DNA of 64,000 bases from the human T2T-CHM13v2.0 reference genome, Homo sapiens: assembly GCF_009914755.1 (NCBI RefSeq), contig NC_060929.1; one strand, given 5' to 3'. The notes under the pieces are model-generated. The model was not told the DNA's origin, did no database searches, and worked only from the letters and a program-made list of their open reading frames with translations. Below are positions 15,722 to 29,300 of the stretch, piece after piece. The stretch's first letter is position 1. Each line of letters starts with the position of its first letter. A program made the translations under genes and the position numbers.

Positions 15722-18700
15722 AAACTGCTTTGTGATGTGTGCATTCATCTCACAGGGGTAAATTTCTTTGGATTCAGTAGTTAGGAAACACTGTTTTTTG
15801 TCCATTATGTGAATGGACATTTGGGAGCTCATTGAAACCAATGGTGACAAAAGGGAATATCCCAGGTTAAAACCTAGAAGAAAACTATCTGAGAAACAGC
15901 TTTGTGATGTGTGCATTCATCTCAGAGAGCTAAGCCTTTCTTTTCATTCAGCAGTCAGGAAACACACTTTCAGTAGAATCTGCAATGGGATATTTGGGAG
16001 TGCATTGAGGTTTTGATGATAAAGGCAATATCTTCAGATAAAAACTAGAAAATATCTTTCTCAGAAACTGCTTTGTGATGTGTGCATTCTCTAACAGAGT
16101 TAAAAGTTTCATTGTATTCAGCAGATTGTAAACACTGTTTTTGTTCATTTGGTGAATGGGCATTTGGAAGCTCTTTGAGGACAAGGAGAAAAAGCGAGTA
16201 TCCCAGCTAAATACTAGGAGGAAACTATCTGAGAAACCAATTTGTGATGTGTGCATTCTTCTTTTGAAGTTAAGCATTTCTTTTCATTCAGCAGTTTGGT
16301 AACACTGTTGTGATAGAATCTGCAAATGTATATTTGGGAGTGCATTGAGGCCTATGGAGAAAAAGGAAATATCTTCAAATATTCTTTCTCAGAAACTGCT
16401 TTTTGATGTGTGCATTCTCTAACAGAGTTAAACGTTTCTTTGGATTCAGCAGATTGTAAACACTGTTTTCATCCATTCTGCGAATGGACATTTGGGAGTT
16501 CATTCAGGCCAATACCGAAAAAGGGAATATCCCAGGATAAAAACTAGAAGGAAGCTCTCTGAGACACCACTTTGTGATGTTTGCATTCATCTGGCAGATT
16601 TAAAACTTTCTTTTCATTCAGCAGTTTGGAAACACTATCTTGGTAGAATCTGCAAAGGCATTTTTGGGAGCACATTAAGGCCTATGGTTAAAAAGGAATT
16701 ATCTTCAGATAAAAATTAGAAGGAATCTCTCTGAGAAACTGCTTTGTGATGTATGCAGTCATCTCACAGAGTTATAAATTTTTTGATTCATCATTTTGGA
16801 AACACTGTTTTTGTCCATTCTGTGAATGGACATTTGGGAACTCAATGAGGCCAAAGGTGAAAAAGCAAATATCCCAGGATAAAAACTAGAAGGAAGCTAT
16901 CTGAGAAACCACTTTTTGATGTGTGCATTCCTCTCCTAGAGTTAAAATTTTCTTTTCCTTCAGCAGTTTGTATCAATTTCTTTGCAGTTTCTGGGTAGGG
17001 AAATTTGGAAACACTTTGAAGCCTTTGATGAAATAGGAAATATCTTCAGATAAAAACTAGAAAGAATCTTTCCAAGATACTGCTTTGTCATGTGTGTATT
17101 CATCTCACAGAGTTAAAAGTTTCTTTGGATTCAGCAGTTTGGAAACACTGTTTTTGTTCATTCTGTGAATGTACACTTGGGAACTCATAGAGGCCAATGG
17201 TGAAAAAGCAAATATCCTAGGATAAATAATAGAAGGAAGCTATCTGAGAAACTGCGTTGTGATGTGTGCATTCATCTCACAGAGGTAAAACTTACTTTGG
17301 ATTCTGCAGTTTGGAAACACTTTTTTGACGCCTTCCTTGAGTGGATGTTTGGGACCTCATTGAGGCCAATGGTGAAAAAGTGAATATCCCAGGATAAAAA
17401 CTAGAAGGAAGCTAGCAGAGAAACCATCATGTGATGTGTGCATTCATCTTGCAGAGTTAAAACTTTCTTTTCATTGAGCATATTGGAAACACTCTTTTGG
17501 TTGAATCTCAGAAGGGATATTTGGGAGCACACTGAGGCCTGTGGTGACAAAAGAAATATTTTCAGATAAACCCTAAAAAGAAGCTTTCTGGGAAACTGCT
17601 TTGTGATGTGCACATTATTCTCATGGAATTATACTTTACTTTGGATTCAGCAGTTTGGAAACAGTGGTTTTGTCCGTTCAGCAAATGGACATTTGTGAAC
17701 TCATTGAGGCCAATGGTGAAAAAGTGAATAACGCAGGATAACAACTGGAAGTAAGCTATCTGAATAACTGCTAAGTGATGTGTGCATTCATCTCCAAAAT
17801 TTAAACTTGTCTTTTCATTCAGCAGTTTGGAAACACTGTTTTGGTAGCATCTGATAAGAGATATTTGTAAAAACATTGAGGCTTATGGTGAAAAAGGAAA
17901 TATCTTAAGATAAAAACTGGAAAGTAGCTTTCTGGGAAATTGCTTGGTGATGTGTACATTCATCTCACAGAGTTAAAACTTTCTTTGGACTCAGCAGTTT
18001 GGAAACACTCTTTTTGTCCATTCTGTGAGTAGACATTTGGGAACTCATTGAGGCCAAAGGAAAAAAAGCAAATATCCCAGGATAAAAACTAGAAGGAAGA
18101 TATCTGAGAAAACACTTTGTGATGTGTGCATTCATCTCCTAGAGTTAAAACTTTCTTTTAATTCCAGAGTTTATAATCACTGTTTTTGCAGTATCTGTGA
18201 AGGGAAATTTGGGATTTCATTGAGACCTTTGATGAAATAGGAAATAGCTTCAGATAAAACTAGAAAGAAGCTTTCTGAGAAACAGCTTTTGATGTGTGCT
18301 TTCATGTTACAGAGTTAAACCTTTCTTTTTATTCAGCAGTTTGGAAACACTGTTTTTGTCCATTCTGTGAATGCACATTTGGGAACTCATTGAGGACAAT
18401 GGTGAAAAAGCGAATATCCCACAATAAAAACTAGAAGGAAACTACCAAAGAAACCTCTTTGTGATGTGTGAATTGATCTCTTAGACTTAAAACTTTCTTT
18501 TCATTTAGCATTTTGGAATCACTGTTTTTGCAGTATCTGCATAGGGAAATTTGGGAATGCCTTGTGGCCTTTCATGAAATAGGAAATATCTTTGGATAAA
18601 AACTAGAAAGAATCTTTCTGTGAAAGTGCTTTGTGATGTGTGCATTTATCTCACAGAGTTAAATGTGTCTTTGGATTCAGCATTTTGAAAACACTGATTT

Positions 18701-19879
18701 GTCCATTCTGAGAATGGACATTCGAGAACTCCTTGAGGCCAAAGGCTAAAAAGTGAATATCTCAGGATAAATACTAGAAGGAAGCAATCAGAAACTGCTC
18801 TGTGATGCGTGCATTCATCTTGAAGAGCTACAACTTTCTTTTCATTCAGCAGTTTGGAGACACTGTTTTAGTAGAATCTGCAAAGGGATATTTGGGAGTG
18901 TATTGTTGCATATGAGGCAAAAGGAAACATCTTCTTATAAAAAGTAGAAAGAAGCTTTCTGAGAGACTACTTTGTGATGTGATGTGTGCATTCATCTAAC
19001 AGAGTTAAACCTTTCTTTGGATTCAGCTGTTTGGAATCACCATTTTTGTCCATTTTGCATATGGACATTTGGGAGCTCATTGAGGCCAAATGTGAAAAAG
19101 TGAACATCCCAGGATAAAAACTAGAAGGAAGCTTTAAGAGCAACTGATTTGTGATTGTGCATTCATCTCACAGATTTAAATGCCTCTTTGGATTCAGCAG
19201 TTTGTAAACACTGTTTTTATCCATTCTGCGAATGGACATTTTGGAGCTCATTGATGCCAAGGGTGTAAATGCAAATATGTCCCTATTAAAACTAGAAGGA
19301 AGCTATCTGAGAAGGCGCTCTGTGATATGTCCATTCATCAGGTAGAGAAATAAACCTTTCTTTTAATTCAGCAGTTTTAAAACACTATTTTGGTGGAATC
19401 TGCAAATAAATATTTGGGAAAGCAATGAGGCTTATGATGAAAATGGAAATACCTTCAGATAAAAACTAGAAAGAAGCTTTCTGAGAAACTGCATTGTGAT
19501 GTGGGTATTCATTTCACAGAGGTAAACCTTTCTTTGGATTCTGCAGTTTGGAAACACGGTTTTTGTCTATCTGTGAATGGACATTTCAGAGCTGATTGAG
19601 GCCAATGGTGAAAAGGCGAATATCCCAGGATAAAAACTTGAAAGAAGCAATCTGAGAAACCGCTTTATGATGCATGCATTCATCTTGCAGAGCTAAAACT
19701 TTCTTTTCATTCAGCAGTTTGGAAGCACTGTTTTGGCAGTATCTGCAAAGGGATATTTTGGAGCATATTTTTGCCTACGGGGAAAAAGCAAATATCTTCA
19801 GGTAAAAACTAGAAAGAAGCTTTCTGAGAAATTGGTTTGTGATGTGTGCATTCATCTCACAGTGTTAAAAGTTTTTCTG

Positions 19880-20306
<427 letters not shown>

Positions 20307-23300
20307 CTATCTGAGAAACTGCTCCGTGATATATGCATTCATCTCCTACAATTAAACGTTTCTTTTCATTCAGCAAGTTCGAAACGATCTTTTTAGAATC
20401 TGCAAAGTTATATTTGGGCTCACATTGAGTCTTATGGTAATAAAGGAAATACCTTCAGACAAAATCTAGAAAGAATCTTTCTGAGAAACTGCTTTGTGAT
20501 GTGTGCATTCATCTTAAAGACCTAAACCTTTCTTTGGGTTCAGCAGTTTGGAAACACTGTTTATTAAATAATTTGAATGGACATTATGGAGCTCCTTGAG
20601 GTCATTATCAACAAAGTGAATATCCCAGGATAAAAACGAGAAGGAAGCTATCTCAGAAACCGGTTTTGGATGTGTCCATTCATCTCACAGGCTTAAACTT
20701 TTCTTTTCATTCAGCAGTTTGGAAACTCTGTTTTGGTAAAATCTAAGAAGGAATATTTGGGAGTGCTTTGAGGCCTATGAAGAAAAAGGAAATATCTTCA
20801 GATGAAAACTAGAAAGATGTTTTCTTAGAAACTGTTTTGTGATGTTTTAATTCATCTGACAGTTAAACCTTTCCTTGGATTCAGAAGTTTGGAATCACTG
20901 TTTTTGTCCATACTGCAAATGGACACTTGGGAGCTCATTGAGGCAAAGATGAAAAAGTGAATATCCCAGGATGAAAACTAGAAGAAAGCTATCTGAGAAA
21001 TTGCTTTGTGATGTGTGCATTCATCAGGCAGTGTAAAAGTTTCATTTCATTCAGCAGTTTGGAAACACAATCTTGGTAGAGTCTGCAAAGGGATATTTGG
21101 GAGCACATTCACACCTATGGTGATAAAGTAAATATCTTCAGATAAAATCTAGAAATAAGCTTTCTTGGAAACTGCTTTAAAATGTGTTCATTCATCTCAC
21201 AGAGTTAAACGTTTCTTTGGATTCAATAGTTAGGAAACACTTATTTTGTCCATTCTGTGAATGGACATTTGGGAGCTCATTGAGGCCAATTTCGAAAAAG
21301 TGAATATCCCAAGATAAAAACTAGAAGGAAATTATCTGAGAAACTGCTTTGAGATGTGTGCATACATCTCCCAGAGTTAAAAGTTTCTTTGGATTCAACA
21401 GTTTGGTAAAACTGTGTTTGTCAAATGTGAGAATGGACATTTCAGAGCTCATTGAGGCCAATGGAGAAAAAGGGAATATCCCAGCATAAAAACTAGAAGA
21501 AAGTTATCAGAGAAACAACTTCATGATGTGTGCATTCATCTTGTAGAGTTAAATCTTTCTTTTCATTCATCAGTTTGGAAATGCTGTTTTGGCATGCTCT
21601 GTGAAGGAATATTTGGGAGCGCGTTGAGGCCAATGGAGAAAAAGGAAATACCTTCAGATAAAAACTAGAAAGAAGCTTTCTGAGAAACTGCTTTGTGATG
21701 TGTGCATTCATCTCACAGATTTAAACCTTTCTTTGGATTCAGCATTTTGGAAATACTGTTTTTGTCCATTCTGTGAATGGACACTTGGAACTCTTTAAGG
21801 CCAATGGCGAAAAAGGGAATATTCCAGGAAAAAACTAGAATTAAACTATCAGAGAAACTGCATAGTGATGTGTGCATTCATCTGGCAGTTTTAAACTTTT
21901 ATTTTCACTCAACAGTCTGTAAACCCTGTTATATTTGAATCTATGAAGGGATATTTGAGAGCACATTGAGGCCTATGGTGAAAAAGGAAATGTTTTTCAG
22001 GTGAAAACTAGAAAGAAGCTTTCTGAGCAACTACTTCATGATGTGTGCATTCATCTCACAGAGATAAGCTATTGTGTGGAGTCAGCAGTTAGGAAACACT
22101 GCGTTTGTCCATTCTGTGAATGGACATTTGGGAGCTCATTGAGACCAATGGTGAAAAAGTGAATACTCCAGGATAAAAACTAGAAGAAAGCTATCTGAGA
22201 AACCGCTTGGTGATGTGTGCATTCATCTCACAGAGTGAATCCTTTCTTTTCATTCAGCAATTTGGAAACTCTGTTATGGTAGGACCTGCGAAGGTATATT
22301 TGGTAGCACATTGAATCCTATGGTGCAAAAGGAAATATTTTCAGATGAAAACTAGAAGGAAGCTTTCTGAGAAACTGCTTTGAGATGTTTGCATACATCT
22401 CACAGAGTTAAAACTTGCTTTGGATTCAACAGTTTGGAAAAACTGTTTTTGTCCTATCTGAGAACCGACATTTCAGAGCTCATTGAGGCCAATGGAGAAA
22501 ATTTGAATATCCTAGGATTAAAACTAGAAGGAAGCTATCAGAGAAACCAGTTTGTGATGCATGCATTCATCTCACAGAGCTAAACCTTTCTTTTCATTCG
22601 TCAGTATGGAAACACTGTTTTGGTAGGATCTGTGAAGGGATATTTGGGAGCATATTGAGGCCAATGGTGAAAAACTAAATATCTTCAGATATAAGCTAGA
22701 AAAAAAGCCTTCTGAGAAAGTTCTCTGTGATGTGTGCATTCAACTCACAGAGTTAAACCTTTCTTTTGATTAATCAGTTTGTAAATGCTGTTTTTGTCCA
22801 TTCTGCAAATGGACATTTGGGAACTCATTGAGGCCAATGGTAAAAAAGTGAATATCTCTAGATGAAAGCTAGAAGTTAGCTCTCTGGTAAACCATTTTAT
22901 GATATGTGCATTTGTCTCCCAGAGGTAAACTTTTCTTTTCATTCAGCAGTTTGGAATCACTGTTTTTGAAGTATCTGCAAAGGGAAAGTTGGGAGTGCAT
23001 TGAGGCCTTTGAAGACATAGGAAATATCTTCAGATAAAAACTAGAAAGAAGGTTTCTGTGAAACTGCTTTGTGATGTTTGTGTTCATTTCCCAGACTTAA
23101 ACATGTCTTTTTATACAGCATTTTGTAAACACTGTTTTTGTCCATTCTGGGAATGGACATTTTGGAGCTCATTGTAGCCAATGGTAAAAAAAGCGAATAT
23201 ATTAGGATAAAAACTAGAAGGAATCTATCTGAGAAACTGTTTTGTGATCTGGGCATTCTTCTCCTAGAAGTAAACCTTTCTTTTCATTCAGCACTTTGGA

Positions 23301-26300
23301 TACACTGTTTTGGTTGAATCTGCTAAGAGATATTTGGCAGCATAATGAGGTCTATGGTGAAAAATGAAATATCATCAGATAAAAACTAGAAAGAAACATT
23401 CTGAGAAACAGCTTTGTGATGTGCACATTCATCTCACAGATGTAAACATTTCTTTGGATTCATCATTTTGGAAACACTGTTTTTGTCTTTCTGTGAATGG
23501 ACATTTGGGAGCTCATTGAGGCCAATGGCGAAAAAGTGAATATCCCAGGATAAAAACTAGAAGGAAGCTATCTGAGAAACCGTTTTGTGATGTGTGCATT
23601 CATCTTCTAGAGTTAAACCTTTCTTTTCATTTAGCCGTTTGGATACACTGTTTTGGTAAAATATGTGAAGGGATACTTGGGAGGGCTTTGAGGCCTATGG
23701 AGTAAAAGGAAATATCTTCAGATAAAAACTAGAAAGACGTTTTCTGAGAAACTGTGTTTTGATGTCTGCATTCATCTCACAGATTTAAAACTTTCTTTGG
23801 ATTCATCTGTTTGGAAACACTGTTTTTATCCTTTCTGTGACGGGACATTTGGGAACTCATTGAGGCCAATGTCTAAAAAGAGAACATCCCTGGATAAAAA
23901 CTAGAAGGAAGCTATCTGAGGACCCGCTTTGAGATATGTGCATGTATCTTGCAAATTTAAAGCTTTCTTATCATTCTGCAGTTTGGAAACTTTGTTTTGG
24001 CATAATCTGGGAAGTGATATTTGGAGCTTCTTGAGGAATATGGTGAAAAAGGAAATATCTTCCGATGAAAACTAGAAAGACTTTCTGAGAAACTGCTTTG
24101 TGAGGTGTGCGTTCATCTCACAGAGTTAAAACTTTTTTTGGATTCAGCAGTTTGCAAACACTGTCTTTGATCATTCTGCAAAAGGACATTTGGGAACTCA
24201 TTGAGGTCAATGGTGAAAAAGTGAATATCTCAGGATAAAAGCTAGAAGGAAACCATCTGAGAAACCACTTTGTGATTTGTGCATTCATCTCACAGAGTTA
24301 AACAACTTTTCTTTTCATTCAGCAGTTTGGAAAGACTGTTTTGGTATAATATGCATAGGTATATTTTGGAGCTTATTAAGACCTATGGTGAGAAAGGAAA
24401 TATCTACAGATAAAAGAAGAAAGAAGCTTTCTGAGAAACTGCTTTGTGATGATTCATTCATCTCACAGAGTTAAACTTGTCTTTGGATTCAGCAGTCTGG
24501 AAACACTGCTTTTGTCCATTCTGCAAATGGAAATTTTGGAATGCATTGAGGCCAATGGCGAAAAAGCAAATATCCCAGGATAATAACAAGAAGGAAGCTA
24601 TAGGAGAAACCGTTTTATGATATAGGCATTCGTATTCAAGAGTTAAAACATTCTTTTCATTCAGCAATTTGGAATCACTGTTTTTGCAGTATTTCCAAAG
24701 TGATATTTGAAAGCACGTTGAGACCTTTGATGAAATAGGAAATATCTTCATGTAAAAACTAGAAAGGAGCTTTCTGAAAAACTGCCCTTTTGATGTGTGC
24801 TTTCGTCTCACAGACTTAAACATTTCTTTGGATTCAGCAGTTTGCAAACACAGTTTTTGTTCATTCTTGTAATGGACATTTTGTTGCTCAGTCAGGCAAA
24901 TATTGAAAACCTTAATATTCCTGGATAAAAACTAGAAGGAAGCTATCTGATAAACCGCTTTGTGATGTGTGCATTCATCTCCTAGACATAAAACTTTTCT
25001 TTTCATTCAGCACTTTGGAATCAATGTTTTTGCAGAATCTCTGAAGGGAAATTTGGGAGCATTTTGAGGCATTTGACGAAATACAAAATATCTTCAAATA
25101 AAAACTAGAAAGAAACTTTCTGAGAAACTGCTTTGTGATGTGTTCATTCATCTCACAGAGTTAAAACGTTCTTTGGATTCATCTGTTTGGAAACATTGAT
25201 TTTGTCCATTCTGCAAATGGACATTTGGAACTCATTGAGGCCAATGGTGAAAAAGAGAATATTCCAGGATAAAAACTAGAATTAAACAATCAGAGAAACC
25301 GTGTTGTGATGTGTGCATTCATCTCCTAAAGTTAAACTTTTCTTTTCATTTACCAGTTTGAAAACACCGTTTTGGTAGAATCTGTGATGGGATATTTGGA
25401 GCATATTGAGGAATAAGTTGAAAAAGGAAATATATTCAGATAAAACCAGAAAGAATCTTTCTGAGAAACTGCTTTGTGATGAGTGCATTCCTCTCATAGA
25501 GTTAAAACTTTCTTTGGATTCAGCAGTTTGCAAACACTGTATTTGTCCATTCTGTGAATTGACTTTTGGGAACTTATTGAGGCCAAAGGTGAAAAAGCTC
25601 ATATCAGGGGATAAAAACTAGAAGGAAGCAATCTGAGAAACAGCTTTGTGACGTGTGCATTCATCTCACAGAGGTAAAGATTTCTTTTCATTCAGCAGTT
25701 TGGAATCACTGTTTTTGCAGAATCTGCAAAGGGAAATTTGGGAGTGCATGGAGGCCTTTAATGAAACAGGAAATAAATTCAGATAAATCCTAGAAAGAAG
25801 CATTCTGAGAAAGAGCTTTGTGATGTATTCCTTTATCTCACAGAGTTTATCATTTCTTTGGACTCAGCAGCTTGGGAACACTGTTTTTGTCCATTTGACA
25901 AATGGACATTTGGAAGCTCGTAAAGGCCAAAGGCAAAAAAGGGAATATCCCATGATAAATACTAGAAGGAAGATATCTGAAGAACCTCTTTATGATGTGT
26001 CTAGTCATCTCTCAGAGTTACATTTTCTTTTAATTCAGCAGTTTGGAAACACCGTTTTGGTACAACCTGTGAATTGATATTTGGGAGCACATTGAGGCAT
26101 AAGGTGAAAAAGGAAGTATCTTCAGATAAAAACTAGAAAGTTTTCTGAGAAATTGCTTTGTGATGTCCGCATTCATCTCACAGAGTTAAACGTTTCTTTG
26201 GATTCAGCAGTATGGAAACACTGTTTTTGTCCATTTCACGAATGGACATTTTGTAGCTCATTGAGGCAAATGGCAAAAAAGGGAATATCCCAGTATAAAA

Positions 26301-29300
26301 ACTAGAAGAAATCTATCTGAGAAGCTGCTTTATGATGAGTGCATTCGTCTCCTAGAGTTAAAAATTTCTTTTCATTGAGCAGTTTGGAAAAACTGTATTG
26401 ATAGTATCTGTGAAGGGATGTTTTGGAGCACATTGAGGCCAAAGGAGAAAAAATAAATATCTTCAGATAAAATCTATAAAGAGTCTTTCTGAGAAACTGT
26501 TTTGTGATGTGTGCATTCATCTCAAAGAGTTAAAGATTTCCTTGGATTCAGCTGTTTGGAAAGACTGTTTTTGTCCATTCTGTGAATGGACATTTGAAAC
26601 TCTTTGAGGCCAATGGCAAAAAAGTGAATATCCCAGGTTAAAAAGTAGCAGGAAGCTATCTGGGAAACTGCTTTGTGATGTGTGCAGTCATCTCCTGGAA
26701 TTAAAATTTTCTTTCCATTCAGCAGTTTGGATTCACTCTGTTTGAAGTATCTGTCAAAGGAAATTTGGGAGTGAATTGATTTCTTTGATGAAATAGGAAT
26801 ATCTTCAGATACAAACTGGAAAGAAGCCATCAGTGAAGTTGCTTTGTGATGGGTTCATTCATCACAGAGATTTAAAAATTCCTTTGGATTCAGCAGTTCA
26901 TAAACACATTTTTTGTCCGTTCTGTGAAAGGACACTTGGGAACTCATTGAGGCCAATGGTGAAAAAGTGAATATCCTAGGAAAAATACTAGAACGAAATC
27001 ATCTGAGATACTGTGTTGTGAAGTGTGCATTCATCTCGCAGTGTTAAACTTTGGCTTTCATTCAGAATTTTGGAAACAGTGTTTGGGATGAATCCTCAAA
27101 GGGATATTTGGGAGTGTATTGAGGCCTATGGTGAAAAAGAAAATATCTTCAGATAAAAACTAAAAAAAAAGCTTTCTCAGAAACTGCTTTTTGATGTGTG
27201 CATTCAACCCAAAGAGTTAAACTTTTCTTTGGATTCAGCAGTTTGGAAACACTTTTTGTCCATTCTGCAAATCTACATTTGGGAACTCATTGAGGACAAG
27301 GGCGATAAAGTGAATATCCCAGGATAAAACCTAGAAAGAAGCTGTCTGAGAAACCGCTTTGTGATATGTGCATTCATCTCCTAATGTTAAACCCTTCTTT
27401 TCATTCAGCAGTTTGGAGTCACTGTTTTTGCAGTATCTGTGAAGGGAAATTTGGGAGCTCATGGAGGCCTTCTATGAAATAGGAAATTTCTTGAGAAGAA
27501 AACTAGAGAGAATCTTTCTGAGAAACTACTTTGTGATGTGTGCACTCATATCACAGAGTTAACTGTTTCTTTGGATTCAGCAGCTTTGAAACACTGTTTT
27601 TGTCCATTCTACGAATGGATATTTCAGAGCTCATTGAGGCCAATGTCAAAAAAGCAAATATCCCAGGGTAAATACTAGAAGGAAGCTATCTGAGAAACCA
27701 CGTTGTGATGTTTGCATTCATCTCACAGAGTTAAACATTTCTTTTAATTCAGCAGTTTAGAAACACTCTTCTTTTGGAATCTGTGCAGGGATACTTGGGA
27801 GTGCATGGAGGCCTATGGTAAAAGAAAAAATATCTTGAGAGAAAAACTGGGAAGTAGCATTCTGAGAAACTGCTTTGTGATGTGGGGATTCCACTCAAAG
27901 AGTTAAAATTTTCTTTTGATTCAGCACTTTGGAAACACTGTTTTCATCCATTCTGAAAATGAAAATTTTGTAACTCACTGATTCTAACATCAAAAAAGCA
28001 AATATCCCAGTATAAAAATTAGAAGGAAGCTATCTGAAAAAACGCTTTGTGATATGTGCATTCATCTCCTAGAGTTAAAATTTCTTCCCATTCAGCAGTT
28101 TGTAATCACTGTTTTTGCAATATCAGTGAAGTGATGTTTGGGAGTGCATAGAGGTCTTTGATGAAATAGGAAATATCTTCAGATAAAAACTAGAAAGGAG
28201 CTTTCTGAGAAACGCTTTGTGATGTGTGCATTCATCTCACAGACTTAAACATTTCTTTGGATTCAACAGTTTGGAAACACTGTTTTTGTCCATTCTGTGA
28301 ATAGACATTTGGATGCTCATTGAAGCCAATGACAAGAGAGTGAATATCCTAGAATCAATACTAGAAGGAAGCTATCTGACAAAACGCGTTGTGATGTGTG
28401 CATTCATCTCACTGATTGAAACTTTTCTTTTTATTCAGCAGTCTGGAAACATTGTTTTGCTAGAATCTGTGAAGGGATATTTGGGAAACCATTGAGGCCT
28501 ATAGTGAAAACATAAATATCTTCAGATAACAAATAGAAAGAAGCTTTCTGAGAAAGTGCTTTGTCATGTGTGCATTCATCTCACAGAGTTAAACCTTTCT
28601 TTGGATTCAAGAATTTGGAATCACTTTTTTTGTCCATTTTGCAAAAGGACATTTGGGAAATCATTGAGGATTATGGTGAGTAAATGAATATCCCAGGGAA
28701 AAACTAGAAGGAAGCTATCAGAAAAACCGGTCTGTGATTTGTGTATTCATCTCCTAAAGTTAAAACTTTTTTTAATTCAGCAGTTTTAAACACTGTTTTG
28801 GTAGAATCTGCAAAGGGATATTTGGGAGTGCACTGAGGCCTATGGTGAAAAAGGAAATATGTTCAATTAAAAACTAGAAAGAAGATTTTTGGGAAACTGC
28901 TTTGGGATGGGTGCATTCATCTCAAAGAATTAAAACTTTCTTTTGATTCACCAGTTTGGAAACACTCTTTTTGTCCATTCTGTGAATGGACATTTGGGAA
29001 CTCATTAAGGCCAATGTCGAAAAAGTGAATATCCCAGGATAAAAACTAGAAGAAAATTATCTGAGAAACGACTTTGAGATCAGTGCATTCATCTCCTAGA
29101 GTTAAAACTATCTTTTCATTCAGCAGTTTGGAATCACTGTTTTTGCAGTATCTGTGAAGGGAAATTTGGGAGCGCATGGAGGCCTTTGATGAAACAAGAA
29201 TTATCTTCAGAGAAAAACTAGAAAGAAGCTTTTTGAGAGGCTGCTTTTTGATGGGTGCATTCATCTCACAGAGTTGAACGTTTCTTTGGACTCAGTAGTT

